DNA of 64,000 nucleotides from an uncultured Gemmatimonadales bacterium. Lineage in GTDB: Bacteria > Gemmatimonadota > Gemmatimonadetes > Longimicrobiales > RSA9. The notes beneath the pieces are model-generated. The model was not told the origin of the DNA, searched no databases, and saw nothing but the letters and a program-made list of their open reading frames with translations. Location of the stretch: the NCBI GenBank assembly GCA_963816355.1, contig CAWFKH010000003.1:64001-128000 (forward strand). Direction: 5' to 3'. Position numbers and translations under genes: made by a program. This document shows, one piece after another, positions 62,989 through 64,000 of this stretch. How positions within the stretch are numbered: position 1 is the first letter of the stretch; each line of letters opens with the position of its first letter.

Positions 62989-64000
<1,012 letters not shown>

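Overview
High-GC bacterial chromosomal segment with about 60 densely packed genes. Gene content and style suggest Gemmatimonadota, but this is an unverified inference. I found no rRNA, tRNA, CRISPR array, transposase or phage gene. Main blocks in order: nth-yyaL-two Zn-dehydrogenases-pfpI; S9 peptidase and HD protein; an unusual 468-aa protein that looks like a tandem ependymin/LolA fold; tryptophanase-argR-DUF3224; a decayed phosphodiesterase gene; argG-argH-small membrane peptide-carB behind an ARG box; GGT; DinB, two M24 peptidases, HDAC, methyltransferase, a lone GvpL/F, priA and HNH; queD; ECF sigma/anti-sigma/TonB receptor running into an attEFGH-like ABC/lipocalin module; a DNA-repair island (SRAP, DUF72, hydrolase, ligD, ku, MerR-TPR) containing a VIT1 gene with a Fur box; and radical SAM/SPASM-feoB-Cys-rich protein-feoA. 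The best candidates for undescribed systems are the extended NHEJ island, whose MerR-TPR protein carries a sliding-clamp-like motif, and the radical SAM-Feo operon. Non-genic signals include a dispersed 13-bp tandem repeat family, recurrent leaderless-type promoters, and sharp local C-to-G skew switches centred on regulatory sites. Single-base frameshifts in two otherwise intact genes may be assembly errors. All assignments come from motif recognition by eye; no database searches were run.
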